The notes under the pieces were generated by a model. The model did no database searches, was not told the DNA's origin, and saw only the letters and a list, made by a program, of their open reading frames with translations. The translations under genes and the position numbers were made by a program. Of a stretch of 64,000 nucleotides of DNA, positions 51,397 to 61,029 are shown piece after piece; the stretch's first letter is position 1, and each line of letters begins with the position of its first letter. Source of the DNA: a virus. The stretch lies in the IMG/VR virus record IMGVR_UViG_3300031669_000007, positions 28,631 through 92,630 of that record, one strand, 5' to 3'.

Positions 51397-52426
51397 TTTG
51401 ATAGTGATCTTCGAACATTTCTTCCTCCCTAACGTGTGAAAGGGGAATCCATTTCGCCGTTTGTGCGTCATCGCCTCCTTTTACAATCGGCAATTTTCCA
51501 GAGACTAATTCTATTAAATAGCAATGCGTAATAGTTCTTCCACGTAATGAACGTTCGGGGTGATCAAATACTGCTGTCTTCTTTATACTTCCCCTTAATA
51601 CAGGCTCCGGAACTTTAATCTTTGTCTCTTCTCGTAGTTCGCGAATCATTGCATCTTCAAGTCTTTCCTTTTGATTTACGAAACCTCCAGGTAAGGCATA
51701 TAACCCTTTGCCTGGTTCTGCTTTGCGCTTGATTAGCAGAATGTGGCCAGCGCATACCATTAAACTATCTACGGTAACGAAGGTTGGTGCGTATGGCGCT
51801 GCTTCCCACGATTTCTTGTATGCTTTGATAAACGCTTGCTCTTTTGCCAATTCAGTAAACTCACTCTTACGGCTGAACTCAACCAAGAATTTATATACTT
51901 CTGGCGGAACCACTGACTTCAGGTACTTCACGTTTGCTTCGAGATACAGCTCGCGCATATCAGTAGCATGAACTTCTTCGTTGATCGAATGTTCCACTGA
52001 TTCCCATTGCGGGAAAAGTTGCAAGTAATAACTTGATTCGTCCTTGCTATGACCAATCAATCCTCCCCTAAGAGGTTTATCAGTCCAGCCAAATGCTTTG
52101 GTCACTTCTGACTCAACTGTAGCCTGCACCCTTGCCGTCCAAGCCTGATCATTATATCGTTGATCTTGCAGTGGCGCAATAATAATGCTTGGGGACTTTC
52201 CCTCTGCTTGATCTCGTAAAGTCAGAAAGTTATATGTGTCCAGAATCATTTGCTTGCGTTCATCAAAAGTAAACGGGTTCTTGATAGTGCGTGGTTGAAA
52301 CGAGCTGCCCACCAGCACGATTACTTTGTCTGCCAGCTGAAGTGCTCTGTTCAAAACTTCTTGATGTCCTGCATGGAATGGTTGAAATCTTCCTATGAAG
52401 ACAACATAGTCAAATTGTTTTTTCAT
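51371..52426 (-). CDS. nadM: bifunctional NMN adenylyltransferase/Nudix ADP-ribose pyrophosphatase
   Basis: GRFQPFHAGH, KNPF, HATDMR; GGFVNQKE..MIRELREET Nudix box, GGDDA. Confidence 0.95.
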   Translation of the reverse strand: MKKQFDYVVFIGRFQPFHAGHQEVLNRALQLADKVIVLVGSSFQPRTIKNPFTFDERKQMILDTYNFLTLRDQAEGKSPSIIIAPLQDQRYNDQAWTARVQATVESEVTKAFGWTDKPLRGGLIGHSKDESSYYLQLFPQWESVEHSINEEVHATDMRELYLEANVKYLKSVVPPEVYKFLVEFSRKSEFTELAKEQAFIKAYKKSWEAAPYAPTFVTVDSLMVCAGHILLIKRKAEPGKGLYALPGGFVNQKERLEDAMIRELREETKIKVPEPVLRGSIKKTAVFDHPERSLRGRTITHCYLIELVSGKLPIVKGGDDAQTAKWIPLSHVREEEMFEDHYQIILSLVGL

Positions 52427-52773
52427 GACATTCTCCTCAACTCAGCAGTTTTTTCGTTCAATTTCTTTTGTATCTCATCAATTTCTGCCATTGCCGCTGC
52501 TTTTGCTGCGCTAACAATTTCTTCAGTGCTTACTATGCTGGCAATTGATTCAACTTTTAATACTTCAATTTCGATTACTTCTTTTCGCATGTAATCTTCT
52601 TTGCCGACCTGATATACATCAACCACTGCCTCAAATTCTTTTGCAGAACCATGGTAAGTAGACCAGTATGGGTATCCGCCAGAATGTGAGTCGATTGCGT
52701 AATATACGCGAGAGTTATCTGCTTTGATGCCGGATATAATAAATTTAGTGCTGAGTGTTATTTTTGTTGACAT
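52423..52773 (-). CDS. hypothetical protein coupled to nadM
   Basis: GGAGG RBS; DSHSGGYPYW. Confidence 0.65.
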   Translation of the reverse strand: MSTKITLSTKFIISGIKADNSRVYYAIDSHSGGYPYWSTYHGSAKEFEAVVDVYQVGKEDYMRKEVIEIEVLKVESIASIVSTEEIVSAAKAAAMAEIDEIQKKLNEKTAELRRMS

Positions 52774-52799
52774 TTGGAAGTCCTCCAATTAAAAAAATG

Positions 52800-52818
52800 T
52801 GTATCGTCTATCGACACA
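52800..52818 (-). promoter_or_regulatory. GAUAGAC-loop hairpin 2
   Basis: UGUGUC-GAUAGAC-GAUACA. Confidence 0.7.
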
Positions 52819-52830
52819 ATTGCTGCTCTG

Positions 52831-53130
52831 TTATCTCCACGCGGTGGCGTTATCTATTTCTTCCTGAGTAAATGCTCCGCTTTGTTTGTCTACTTCACCT
52901 TTCCACGAAGATTCAGTTGTGGGCGGCGTAGCAAGTTTATCACAACGAACAGTGATTCCCTTGAAGTTGGTGCATTCGTGTTCGCCCAGACCGATACCGC
53001 AAATTTCTTTCTTTACTTCGAAACTCATGTTTGTGACATCCATACCCGTTTCTTTTTTGATAAAGTCTTTTATGATTTTCTCACAGTCGTCTGCGCTGAG
53101 GTGAACTGTTGTGTTGTAGTTTAGATGCAT
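52831..53130 (-). CDS. hypothetical protein, first gene of the NAD operon
   Basis: ORF with RBS; promoters upstream. Confidence 0.6.
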   Translation of the reverse strand: MHLNYNTTVHLSADDCEKIIKDFIKKETGMDVTNMSFEVKKEICGIGLGEHECTNFKGITVRCDKLATPPTTESSWKGEVDKQSGAFTQEEIDNATAWR

Positions 53131-53157
53131 TTTGGAATCCCCAAATTGTGTGTTATG

Positions 53158-53176
53158 TAAGAAGTCTATCTTCTTA
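53158..53176 (-). promoter_or_regulatory. GAUAGAC-loop hairpin 3
   Basis: UAAGAA-GAUAGAC-UUCUUA. Confidence 0.7.
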
Positions 53177-53180
53177 TTAC

Positions 53181-53219
53181 TATTTATACCATTGTAGCAT
53201 CATCTGAATCAAATGTCAA
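53181..53219 (-). promoter_or_regulatory. tandem early (TTGACA-N17-TACAAT) and late (TATAAATA) promoters of the NAD operon
   Basis: direct sequence match. Confidence 0.7.
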
Positions 53220-53229
53220 GCACTTTCGG

Positions 53230-53532
53230 TTAAATTTTATTCCTTTTGAAGTCAGCTATATCGTAGTAGATCTTGGGCGGATTCTTGGGTTTTTTGCGTA
53301 GAGCGCGAGCTTTTATTTGCTGCCACCTCAGAGTTGTAAAATCAGTGTTTATGTCTTGTCCAGCCAAGATCTGAAATGTCTTATATTTTGCATTTGGGTA
53401 GAATGATTCGCATTTGTCTCCGACAGGCAGAAAATAAAAGAATGATTGTCGCTTACTGCGTTTCGCTGTGAACCGTTCGCAATAATCCGCATTTGGGCAT
53501 TCTGCATTACTGCACATTGTTATGTCAGGCAT
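53230..53532 (-). CDS. small Cys-rich protein
   Basis: MPDITMCSNAECP..YCERF; similar N-terminus at 58613..58825. Confidence 0.6.
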   Translation of the reverse strand: MPDITMCSNAECPNADYCERFTAKRSKRQSFFYFLPVGDKCESFYPNAKYKTFQILAGQDINTDFTTLRWQQIKARALRKKPKNPPKIYYDIADFKRNKI

Positions 53533-53542
53533 TTTTATTTCT

Positions 53543-53954
53543 TTATCTATTGGTAATTTTTCGATTATTATAATCGCCGCTCAGTTGTCCTTTTAATTTA
53601 TGACAAATAGGGCACAACTCTTCTAAATTTTTTGGGCTATTATCAGTATGATCACCATTCTTATGGTCTACTTCTGTCATTCCTTTAGCCCATTTAGGAA
53701 CCTTAGTCCACTTAATTAGACAGTCAAATTTCAGGTGCCCCATCTATATTACTGCACTTTCCTGTCTTATATGGTGTAACGCCTTCTGCGTGTGGGTGTT
53801 TTCCATAACTTGCCCGTTGACAATGACTGCAATGTATGCGCCAACGTCTTTTTCCGTTTTCATCTTTATGCGTAAACGTTACTGGTTTTCCACATCCGGG
53901 GTTTATACAAGTAGGTCGGTCCGATGCAGCAATCTTCTCATATTTTCTAGTCAT
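53543..53954 (-). pseudogene. HNH zinc-finger nuclease split by an extra G in GGGG at about 53738
   Basis: CINPGC..CSHC..KCSNIDG / HLKFDC..EVDHKNGDHTDN..NLEELCPICH; removing one G joins the two ORFs. Confidence 0.75.
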
Positions 53955-54029
53955 TTGTAACTCCATAAGATACTATTATAGTTAATATACACTCTTTTAC
54001 CGAAAAGTCAAGCAGAATCTTTGTCAGAT

Positions 54030-54599
54030 TTAGAATTCATATAAGTCAGAGAACGAGCTATATTTTGAGTCTTCCATCCCACGCATTGCCTTATCCCTAA
54101 TGCGAAATGCATAACTGTTTCCGTTCTTCTTCTCCCAATACCCCCACCATGTTCCGTTTATTAGACATAACTGATCAAATTTTCCTTCTGACATTAACTT
54201 TCGCCCATATTCATATGCTTGTTTAATTTTATCCTGAATATAGGGGTCAGTAAAATCAAACACTTCTGCCTCACGTACAACAATCTCATCGTGTTTAACA
54301 CGATATTGAGTTTGCACTTTCTTAAAAATAGGAGAAAACTCGTATGGTGTTTTAAGTATGTCCTCGACTGTCATTGTGCCAATTGTGTGGGCGGCGATTG
54401 AACCAATCTTTCTGGATTTTACTTCGATGCCCAATTCACCTAAATCTACTGTATCATCTCTATTGATCGGATAGTCCGCTTCTGACATCATATCTTCTAT
54501 CATACGCCCAATTTCACCTGTTTCTGTAGTTCCTTCAATAACTGATTTGCCAATTACTGCACGATTTGCTGCGGGTAGTTTTGAAACTTTGTAAGTCAT
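54030..54599 (-). CDS. restriction-endonuclease-like PD-(D/E)XK protein
   Basis: GRMIE..VDL...GIEVKSR. Confidence 0.55.
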   Translation of the reverse strand: MTYKVSKLPAANRAVIGKSVIEGTTETGEIGRMIEDMMSEADYPINRDDTVDLGELGIEVKSRKIGSIAAHTIGTMTVEDILKTPYEFSPIFKKVQTQYRVKHDEIVVREAEVFDFTDPYIQDKIKQAYEYGRKLMSEGKFDQLCLINGTWWGYWEKKNGNSYAFRIRDKAMRGMEDSKYSSFSDLYEF

Positions 54600-54610
54600 T
54601 TATTTCTCCT

Positions 54611-55202
54611 TTAGTAATCTTTCTTCAACAAAAATATCAGAAACAGATCAGCGTGTTTGTGTGTTTCTGGTGAGCGAATCCCATAAGCGATATATCCGGC
54701 GCGAGTGTCATCGTCTATGTAGTCTTTACCTTTGATACGCTTCCAACCATTGATAGACTCGAGTTCAATGCCGTCTGGCAATTGCATAAACTCTTTCATA
54801 GAGAATAGGAATAAACTATTCTCTCCCTCATCTTTCCATTTCATCATTTTACTCTGAATCCTTTTTGATATTATTAAGCAAGTCGAAAATTTTAATTGAT
54901 GCGTTTCCATCCAAAAAATATGTTAGCCAGTTTATTGATTTAAGTATATGAGTTACTTGTGCATGAATTTCTCTTGCTTGTTTGGCAGTTTCACATCTGA
55001 TCATAAATCCATCTGCTGGACCTCCCATAATCATTGTTTCAAACATTCCACCAACATGCTCTGAGGCTAAGAAAACAGTGCTCACCGTTGAGGTATAAAT
55101 ATGATCGCGGTCTATTCTTTCTGGTGCACATCCATGGTCTGACTCAACGATACAATCATCCACCAACATGTAATACTTAAATACCATATCAATTAGCTCC
55201 AT
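54611..55202 (-). CDS. two hypothetical proteins (54611-54910, 54849-55202)
   Basis: ORF track. Confidence 0.45.
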
Positions 55203-55408
55203 CTCAAGATAAACATTGCGAGTTGTTCGTCGTTAACGTGATAAGTAAAATGACTAAATCGGTCTGCCGTTGGCTCAACGTGCAACACGTTCTCTATCCA
55301 TTCAATTGCGCCGTTGCTGTTGATAACAAGAGGCGTTAAGTTTTCTTCATTTTTGTGAAAGTAATAACCAACACTACCGCCAACTATTGTGTAGTCTACC
55401 ATTGCCAT
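55193..55408 (-). CDS. dispersed FxLRW-family small protein
   Basis: VNDEQLAMFILRWS. Confidence 0.7.
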   Translation of the reverse strand: MAMVDYTIVGGSVGYYFHKNEENLTPLVINSNGAIEWIENVLHVEPTADRFSHFTYHVNDEQLAMFILRWS

Positions 55409-55409
55409 G

Positions 55410-55712
55410 CTATCGTCTCTTTCCGTGCCTAACATTAGTTTCATTGCTGCCACTGTAATAACCGGGCTCTTTCTTTGCTACCCACTTTACAAATTTGATG
55501 ATTTCTTCGTGTTCCAGTATGCGCTCAAATGTATGATAATAGTGTTGCATCTCTCTTTCTGATATTGTTGCATGAAGTTTGCGATGACATATCTTATGCA
55601 ACGAGTGTAGATTCTCAGGTGTGCTCTTACCACGAAAAGTCTTAGGCATCAAATGATGCTTATCGACATTCTCAGTACCAAGAGGTCGACCACAAATCTT
55701 ACACAAGTCCAT
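55410..55712 (-). CDS. small HNH nuclease
   Basis: CKICGR..KHHLMPK..HKICHRKLH. Confidence 0.8.
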   Translation of the reverse strand: MDLCKICGRPLGTENVDKHHLMPKTFRGKSTPENLHSLHKICHRKLHATISEREMQHYYHTFERILEHEEIIKFVKWVAKKEPGYYSGSNETNVRHGKRR

Positions 55713-57446
55713 GTTCTAAACTTTCCCATACCATAATTTTTTCTGCATCCTCAACGCTAACCCAACCTTGAAGGTTGTCGCGAGACCAAGTTCCTCGTCG
55801 ACCTTCTAACACATGCGGAACAGTTGTTATAAGTGTTTTATTAATATCATCGGAAATATCAGTAGCAACAGAAACAATTCTTCTCAAATAGAGTTTTGGC
55901 GTTGCCCTGTGTATATACTCTTCTTTAATAAGGACATACTTACCTATAAGTGATCCATCAACTTCGTCCTCAAACTTATGCACCTCTACGCCAAACTTAT
56001 TCATCTGTTTGCCTCTGTAATACATCCCACATACGGGCTGCTTCTCTCTTTGAGTCATACGGCTTGTATTCTGATATGCCGTTTAGGTAATCACTCCATG
56101 CACACTGCACAAAATAAACTCCTCTTGCAACTTCTTTTGAGAGAGCGTCGCGCTCTTCATCTGTCTTACAATCCTTCATTTTCTTTTTTTCGCCTTCAGA
56201 TAACCAGTCGGCGCTGCCTACATTCATCATTGCTTTGGATTCGTCCTCGGTCAATTCTGTCAGTCGTCTTTCAAAATTTAATAGGTGGATCAAATCGGCA
56301 ATCTTGTTGAGTCTTTCTTCTTTGTTATCGTTTGATTCATCCAAGTAATCTCGGATTGAATTTGTTGGATCTAAGTTATTCATCGCTTGCTTTCTTAGTA
56401 AGAATATCCCACATTAAAAACTGGTTTATTTCTTCTTTTTTGAGAATTCCTTCAATCTTATCTCTTGACCACTTGCCTTTATGCGATGGGCTATTCAATG
56501 AAACTGTATTCACCATCGTACTGTCTTCTTTAATAACAACACGAATTCTGCTCGATTTGATCTCCAAATGTCCGTAACTCAACGCCGCTTCCTCATTGAG
56601 GACAATAATTGTTCCTGGAGGAAGCGTGGATTCTGGTAGAGGTTCTATTTTCATTTTTTAAGTGTCTCCCAAACAAGAAATTTGTCCAAGTCTTCCCGCG
56701 TAATAAAGCCGTCAATATCTTCTTTGTCCCATGTTCCTATGTTTCTAGTAAACGGGTCATTGCTGTCCAACACATCTGTTTTTACGCAATTCCCGTAATC
56801 CTCAATCACTATGCGTAATCGTCTGTTGATCATGTTTGAGTTTAACCAAAAAATAGAATGTTCTTTAAGAACAATAATTATTCCTGCAGGAAGTGGTTCA
56901 GATGTTAGTGGACAAACTTTCATTTTTCTAATATCTCCCACATAATAAACTTGTCAATATCCTCTGCTGCAATATATCCCTCAACATCCGATCTATCCCA
57001 TTCCCCATAATTTGATCTATCTAGACTATGCGTGAGGATGCTGTTAGGTCGATCTGATACTACTTTACGCAATCTTCGAGGAAGTATGATATTTCCTAAC
57101 CACGAAACAGCTGATTCTTTAAGAACAATAATTGTTCCTTCGGGAAGCTTTTCTGCTGTGATGGGTATAATTTTCATTTTTGTAATGCTTCCCAAACAAG
57201 TATTTTTTCTGCGTTCTCAATCGTAAGCCATCCCTCTACACGATTACGGTTCCATAATTCAATAATGTTGCTATTAGGGCTTAATGGGTTGAATCTCGCC
57301 AACTTGACAAGACTGTCTATAGGGCTGCATGGATCAACCACACGGCGTAGACGATAACCAAATGATTGATCTTTGGTGTATCCAGAGATTTTCAATAGAA
57401 CGACCTTGCCGGTCAGATCCGTGTAATCAGGTGAGTTGAGTTCCAT
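55699..57446 (-). repeat. tandem array C: 5 paralogs (55699-56004, 56376-56654, 56651-56923, 56920-57177, 57174-57446), SH3-like fold suspected; unrelated ORF 55997-56383 inserted
   Basis: G..(I/V).L(K/N)E..R(L/I)R.V...W.R..(I/V)EG....E...K..(V/M)W(E/D).L. Confidence 0.85.
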
Positions 57447-57483
57447 AGCTTATATTACCGTGCGTATAATAGCACACGGTAAT

Positions 57484-57512
57484 ATATTACTACAGATTGA
57501 TTAGAATGTCAA
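57484..57512 (-). promoter_or_regulatory. sigma70-type promoter overlapped by a 12-bp inverted repeat (57451-57486)
   Basis: TTGACA-N17-TAATAT; TATATTACCGTG...CACGGTAATATA. Confidence 0.6.
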
Positions 57513-57517
57513 GGACT

Positions 57518-57781
57518 TTATTCTTCGCTAGAATCGCGATTTCGACGCTCATCCATTATCTCGTGGAAGAGATCCTTACAGTCATCGGGTTTGAACACTT
57601 TTGTAATTTTGCTTGCTGCATCCATCACAGCGAAGAAATTTGATGGGACGGGGACTCCCATATACAGATTACCCCAGGCAGACAATTGCATGGCTAGGAC
57701 ATTCTCTACGGACTCATTTAAAAAATTTGTAGTATTACTTGTGAAAGCTTCGGGCCAACAAAAAGAATTTCTATTTGACAT
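57518..57781 (-). CDS. hypothetical protein
   Basis: AGGAG RBS; TAAATA upstream. Confidence 0.55.
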   Translation of the reverse strand: MSNRNSFCWPEAFTSNTTNFLNESVENVLAMQLSAWGNLYMGVPVPSNFFAVMDAASKITKVFKPDDCKDLFHEIMDERRNRDSSEE

Positions 57782-57822
57782 AATCTTTCTCCTATATCAA
57801 ATATTTAGTATTAACTTTTTTC

Positions 57823-58380
57823 TTAATCTAAGGGCATATCTGGCCAAACTCTATTGCTCTTAACCATATTTGTCTTTGCATCTAATATTTGTAAATTAGC
57901 CAAACAATGGAATCCTTGAACTATCTTTGAATTTAGTGGCACGATATGATCTACGTGATATTTGATTCCTGTTTCTTTAGTTTTTAGTTTAGCAATCTTA
58001 TATAGTTTTTTAATTTCTTCTTTCTCAGATTCTGCCCAAGATGGGGTTGCTCTAAGTTTTTTGGCTTGATGTTTTGCGTTATTGCAAAGCAATTTATCAA
58101 CATTCTTTAATCTCCAAGATTTTGATATTTTTTTTCGTTTTTCTGGATTTGCCGCCTCCCAGGTTCTGCTGGTTTCTCTTTTCTTAGTTGCCTTTTCTGC
58201 AGCTCTTTCTGGATTATTCAATGCCCAAAATTTTCGTTTTTCTGCATTAGCTGCATACCAAAAGTTATCGTATGCACGAGTGCAATCTTTGCAACTACCC
58301 TTTAATCCATCTTTAGATTGTGAATCTTTGATAAAGTTGTCTTTTGTCTTTTTAATTTTACAAGAAGAGTAGATCTTCAT
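57823..58380 (-). mobile_element. HNH homing endonuclease (third paralog)
   Basis: RATPSWA..YHVDHIVPLNSKIVQGFHCLANLQIL. Confidence 0.88.
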
Positions 58381-58829
58381 CTACTCTTTCTCGTATAAGT
58401 TAATGTTTAATTCTATTGGAGGAAACTTGATTTTACCGAAATAGTCTAATTGCTTTCGCTCTTCGTCACACAAATCATCGCTGTGGATATGATGTGACTT
58501 ATAGACTGCTGTTGGCGGCATCTTCTTTAATGCATTGCCTAAAATGATCTCGTCATTAGTTACGTCGAGATAGTTGGGGAGATGCACTGAATATAGTGTG
58601 TTTGCTTCTGTTTTAATGATGAGACGCATATTTTGTTTTTATAAGTTTTAAGGTTACGGGCATTGCGAGGTATCTGCTGCATTCTAGCTCGTCTACGCCT
58701 TGTAGATTTGCCTCTATTCTTGTGCTTTTTTCAAGATGAATCAGATTAACTGGATCATCGTTAAATCTGCGACAAGTAGTTCTTCTTTGACAACTGCTGT
58801 TTGCACAAAGGATAAGCGAACCCATAATT

Positions 58830-59120
58830 TTACCTCGTGATGGTTATGACATTCTCGATTCTGAAGGATCTCCATTCCTGTTTGTCAGTGCAAAATGCTC
58901 TGATAACACCTGGATTTTCTTTGCGTTCCTTCTTTGGTTCTGGTGCTTCCATTAAATCTGCCATTGGTGTTGGCGGAAATAAATCTGGGTTTAGTGTGCA
59001 TGGCATCTTTCTGAGGGTGCCATCCACTTTTGTGAATTCTACTGTTGCTTCACCTTCGTGAAGTATAGCAGTGATAACTTCTCGTTTTTCATCAATTGTT
59101 AAATCTTTGATATCGGCCAT
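58830..59120 (-). CDS. WYL-like/SH3-fold phage protein
   Basis: VEFTKVDGTLRKMPCTL..WRSFRIENV. Confidence 0.75.
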   Translation of the reverse strand: MADIKDLTIDEKREVITAILHEGEATVEFTKVDGTLRKMPCTLNPDLFPPTPMADLMEAPEPKKERKENPGVIRAFCTDKQEWRSFRIENVITITR

Positions 59121-59132
59121 GTTATATTCCTT

Positions 59133-59336
59133 TTAAAAAGTCCAGTTTTCGGCGTCGAACACGATATGAACCCATCCTGTGGGAATGATATGTTTTCTGC
59201 CGTCTTTTGTATTGATTCTGTGAGTGCCGCTTTTGCTGACATTGATACTTACCACATCTGCTATCATCACAATCTCATTTCCTGGAAAAACATACGTTCT
59301 ATTTTGTTCATTTACTTCCGTAAATATTAATTTCAT
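59133..59336 (-). CDS. small conserved phage protein
   Basis: RTYVFP..SGTHRI..HIIPTGW. Confidence 0.6.
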   Translation of the reverse strand: MKLIFTEVNEQNRTYVFPGNEIVMIADVVSINVSKSGTHRINTKDGRKHIIPTGWVHIVFDAENWTF

Positions 59337-59543
59337 TGTGCTTGCTCCTTATAATGATTTTGAAATCGCTTATCTTCTTCTTCAGTTAAAAGCCCACCTT
59401 CCCAATCCAGTATTCCAAGTTGCCTATCTATTCTCCATTGTTCTTGTGGTGATAACTTGAAATAGTTGCTTGGTCGTTTGAATGATTCTTCGAACATTTC
59501 ATCGTTTGTCATTATAATACCTCCAATGACAGTATAGCAGGTT

Positions 59544-60314
59544 TTAGAAGTAGAAGCAATCCGGACGGTTGAAAAACACCTCGCTTGATGCCAGTGGCCT
59601 ATCTGGATTTATTTCCAGCGAAAGCGGCTTACCTAATCCTTGTGCCAATGTATAGACAAATGTTTGGTTACTTATTATATGATCGGCTGCCGAAATAGCC
59701 TGTGAAAGTTCTAAGAAATCTTTTGGCTTATAGTGCGGAAGAGTTGTATTAAAAGTTTTTTTAAAATCTTCATACTCATCGTTGTGTCCCACAAAAACAG
59801 ACAAAGTATCAAAGTTATCCATCGCAACAAACTGTTTCCACCGTATTACGGATGATGGATTACGGTAACGAAATGTTCTAGCAATAATAATTGGGGCAAT
59901 AAATTTTGGTTGTGCGATAAGCCAGGGAGAAATAAGATCTTGTGCTGTATAAGGAACGTTGAATGTTTTGTAATATGCTTCTACGTAGTTGCCAGTAAAA
60001 CTTCTCCATAATACACCACGAAACTTATCTAAATCATAATCAACTTTGGGCTCATGTTCTTCGGTTGATATAACTCTAGTAATGTATGGCTGTTCTTCAA
60101 GTAACGGAGCAAGCATTTTAAACTCTTCCTCAGACATTTTTTGCAAATGAAAAGGCTGTTTATGTTCTGTTCTATATCCATACTTGTTTGCTGTATATTC
60201 CATACATCTCAATTTAATATAGAAGTCTCCTTTTCCAAAATGTTTTATGACTGGCAAAGAACAGATCAAATCACCAAGTGCTCCGCTATGAGAATAGGTA
60301 AGGTTAGAAATAAT
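59544..60314 (-). CDS. GT9-like (heptosyltransferase-type, GT-B) glycosyltransferase, probable ATT start
   Basis: HSGALGDLICSLP..PLLEEQPYI..FVG..LELSQAISAA..ISNQT. Confidence 0.7.
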   Translation of the reverse strand: MISNLTYSHSGALGDLICSLPVIKHFGKGDFYIKLRCMEYTANKYGYRTEHKQPFHLQKMSEEEFKMLAPLLEEQPYITRVISTEEHEPKVDYDLDKFRGVLWRSFTGNYVEAYYKTFNVPYTAQDLISPWLIAQPKFIAPIIIARTFRYRNPSSVIRWKQFVAMDNFDTLSVFVGHNDEYEDFKKTFNTTLPHYKPKDFLELSQAISAADHIISNQTFVYTLAQGLGKPLSLEINPDRPLASSEVFFNRPDCFYF

Positions 60315-61029
60315 GACAATTCTCCTTCTCAATATAACAATCAACGGATCGTAGTTCGAGAAAAGTTTCTTTGTCTAGACCACGAGCAAGACCATTGGCA
60401 AATGTTTGATTACCTATAAATCTATCTGCACCAGCAATTACTTCTGCTATTTCTAAAAAGTTATTGACTTTATAATGTGTGATTGTTATGTTGAATAGAT
60501 CTTGAAATGCTTTATGTTCGTCGGGTAACCCAACAAAGATTGCTTCAGTAGATGCTTTGTGTTCTCGTAATAGCTTTATCCATGTCGGAATAGTTGATGT
60601 TTTTGGAGAATGGTATCTAGTAGTGCGAGTGATAACAGTCTTTGCTATCTTCTTCGGCGTTACTGTTAACCACGGAGAATAATCTGCGGGAATCTTAAAG
60701 GTTTCTGCGTAGGTTTCAATGAAATTTTTTGTGAATGCTTGACCCACTGTTCCTCTAAACAAATCTAAATCGTAGTGAAATGCTTTATGTTTTTCAAAAG
60801 TAACTTCGGTAATGTATGATTGTGCTTCTAATAGAGGTGCGATCATATCAAAGTCTTTTTGTGAGAGTCTATTCTCATACTCTGGAAAAACTGGACCGTT
60901 GTTGTATTTGCGTATAGCATTGGGTATGCCGCCTGGTATAAGGTTAAGTTCTCCTCCGCCAAGTTGCTTGATAACAGGAAGACCCCAGATGATGTCTCCT
61001 AGGTTGCCCGATGTCGAATATACGGGCAT
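60304..61029 (-). CDS. GT9-like glycosyltransferase (paralog)
   Basis: SGNLGDIIWGLP..PLLEAQSYI..FVG..LEIAEVIAGADRFIGNQT. Confidence 0.75.
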   Translation of the reverse strand: MPVYSTSGNLGDIIWGLPVIKQLGGGELNLIPGGIPNAIRKYNNGPVFPEYENRLSQKDFDMIAPLLEAQSYITEVTFEKHKAFHYDLDLFRGTVGQAFTKNFIETYAETFKIPADYSPWLTVTPKKIAKTVITRTTRYHSPKTSTIPTWIKLLREHKASTEAIFVGLPDEHKAFQDLFNITITHYKVNNFLEIAEVIAGADRFIGNQTFANGLARGLDKETFLELRSVDCYIEKENCHYF

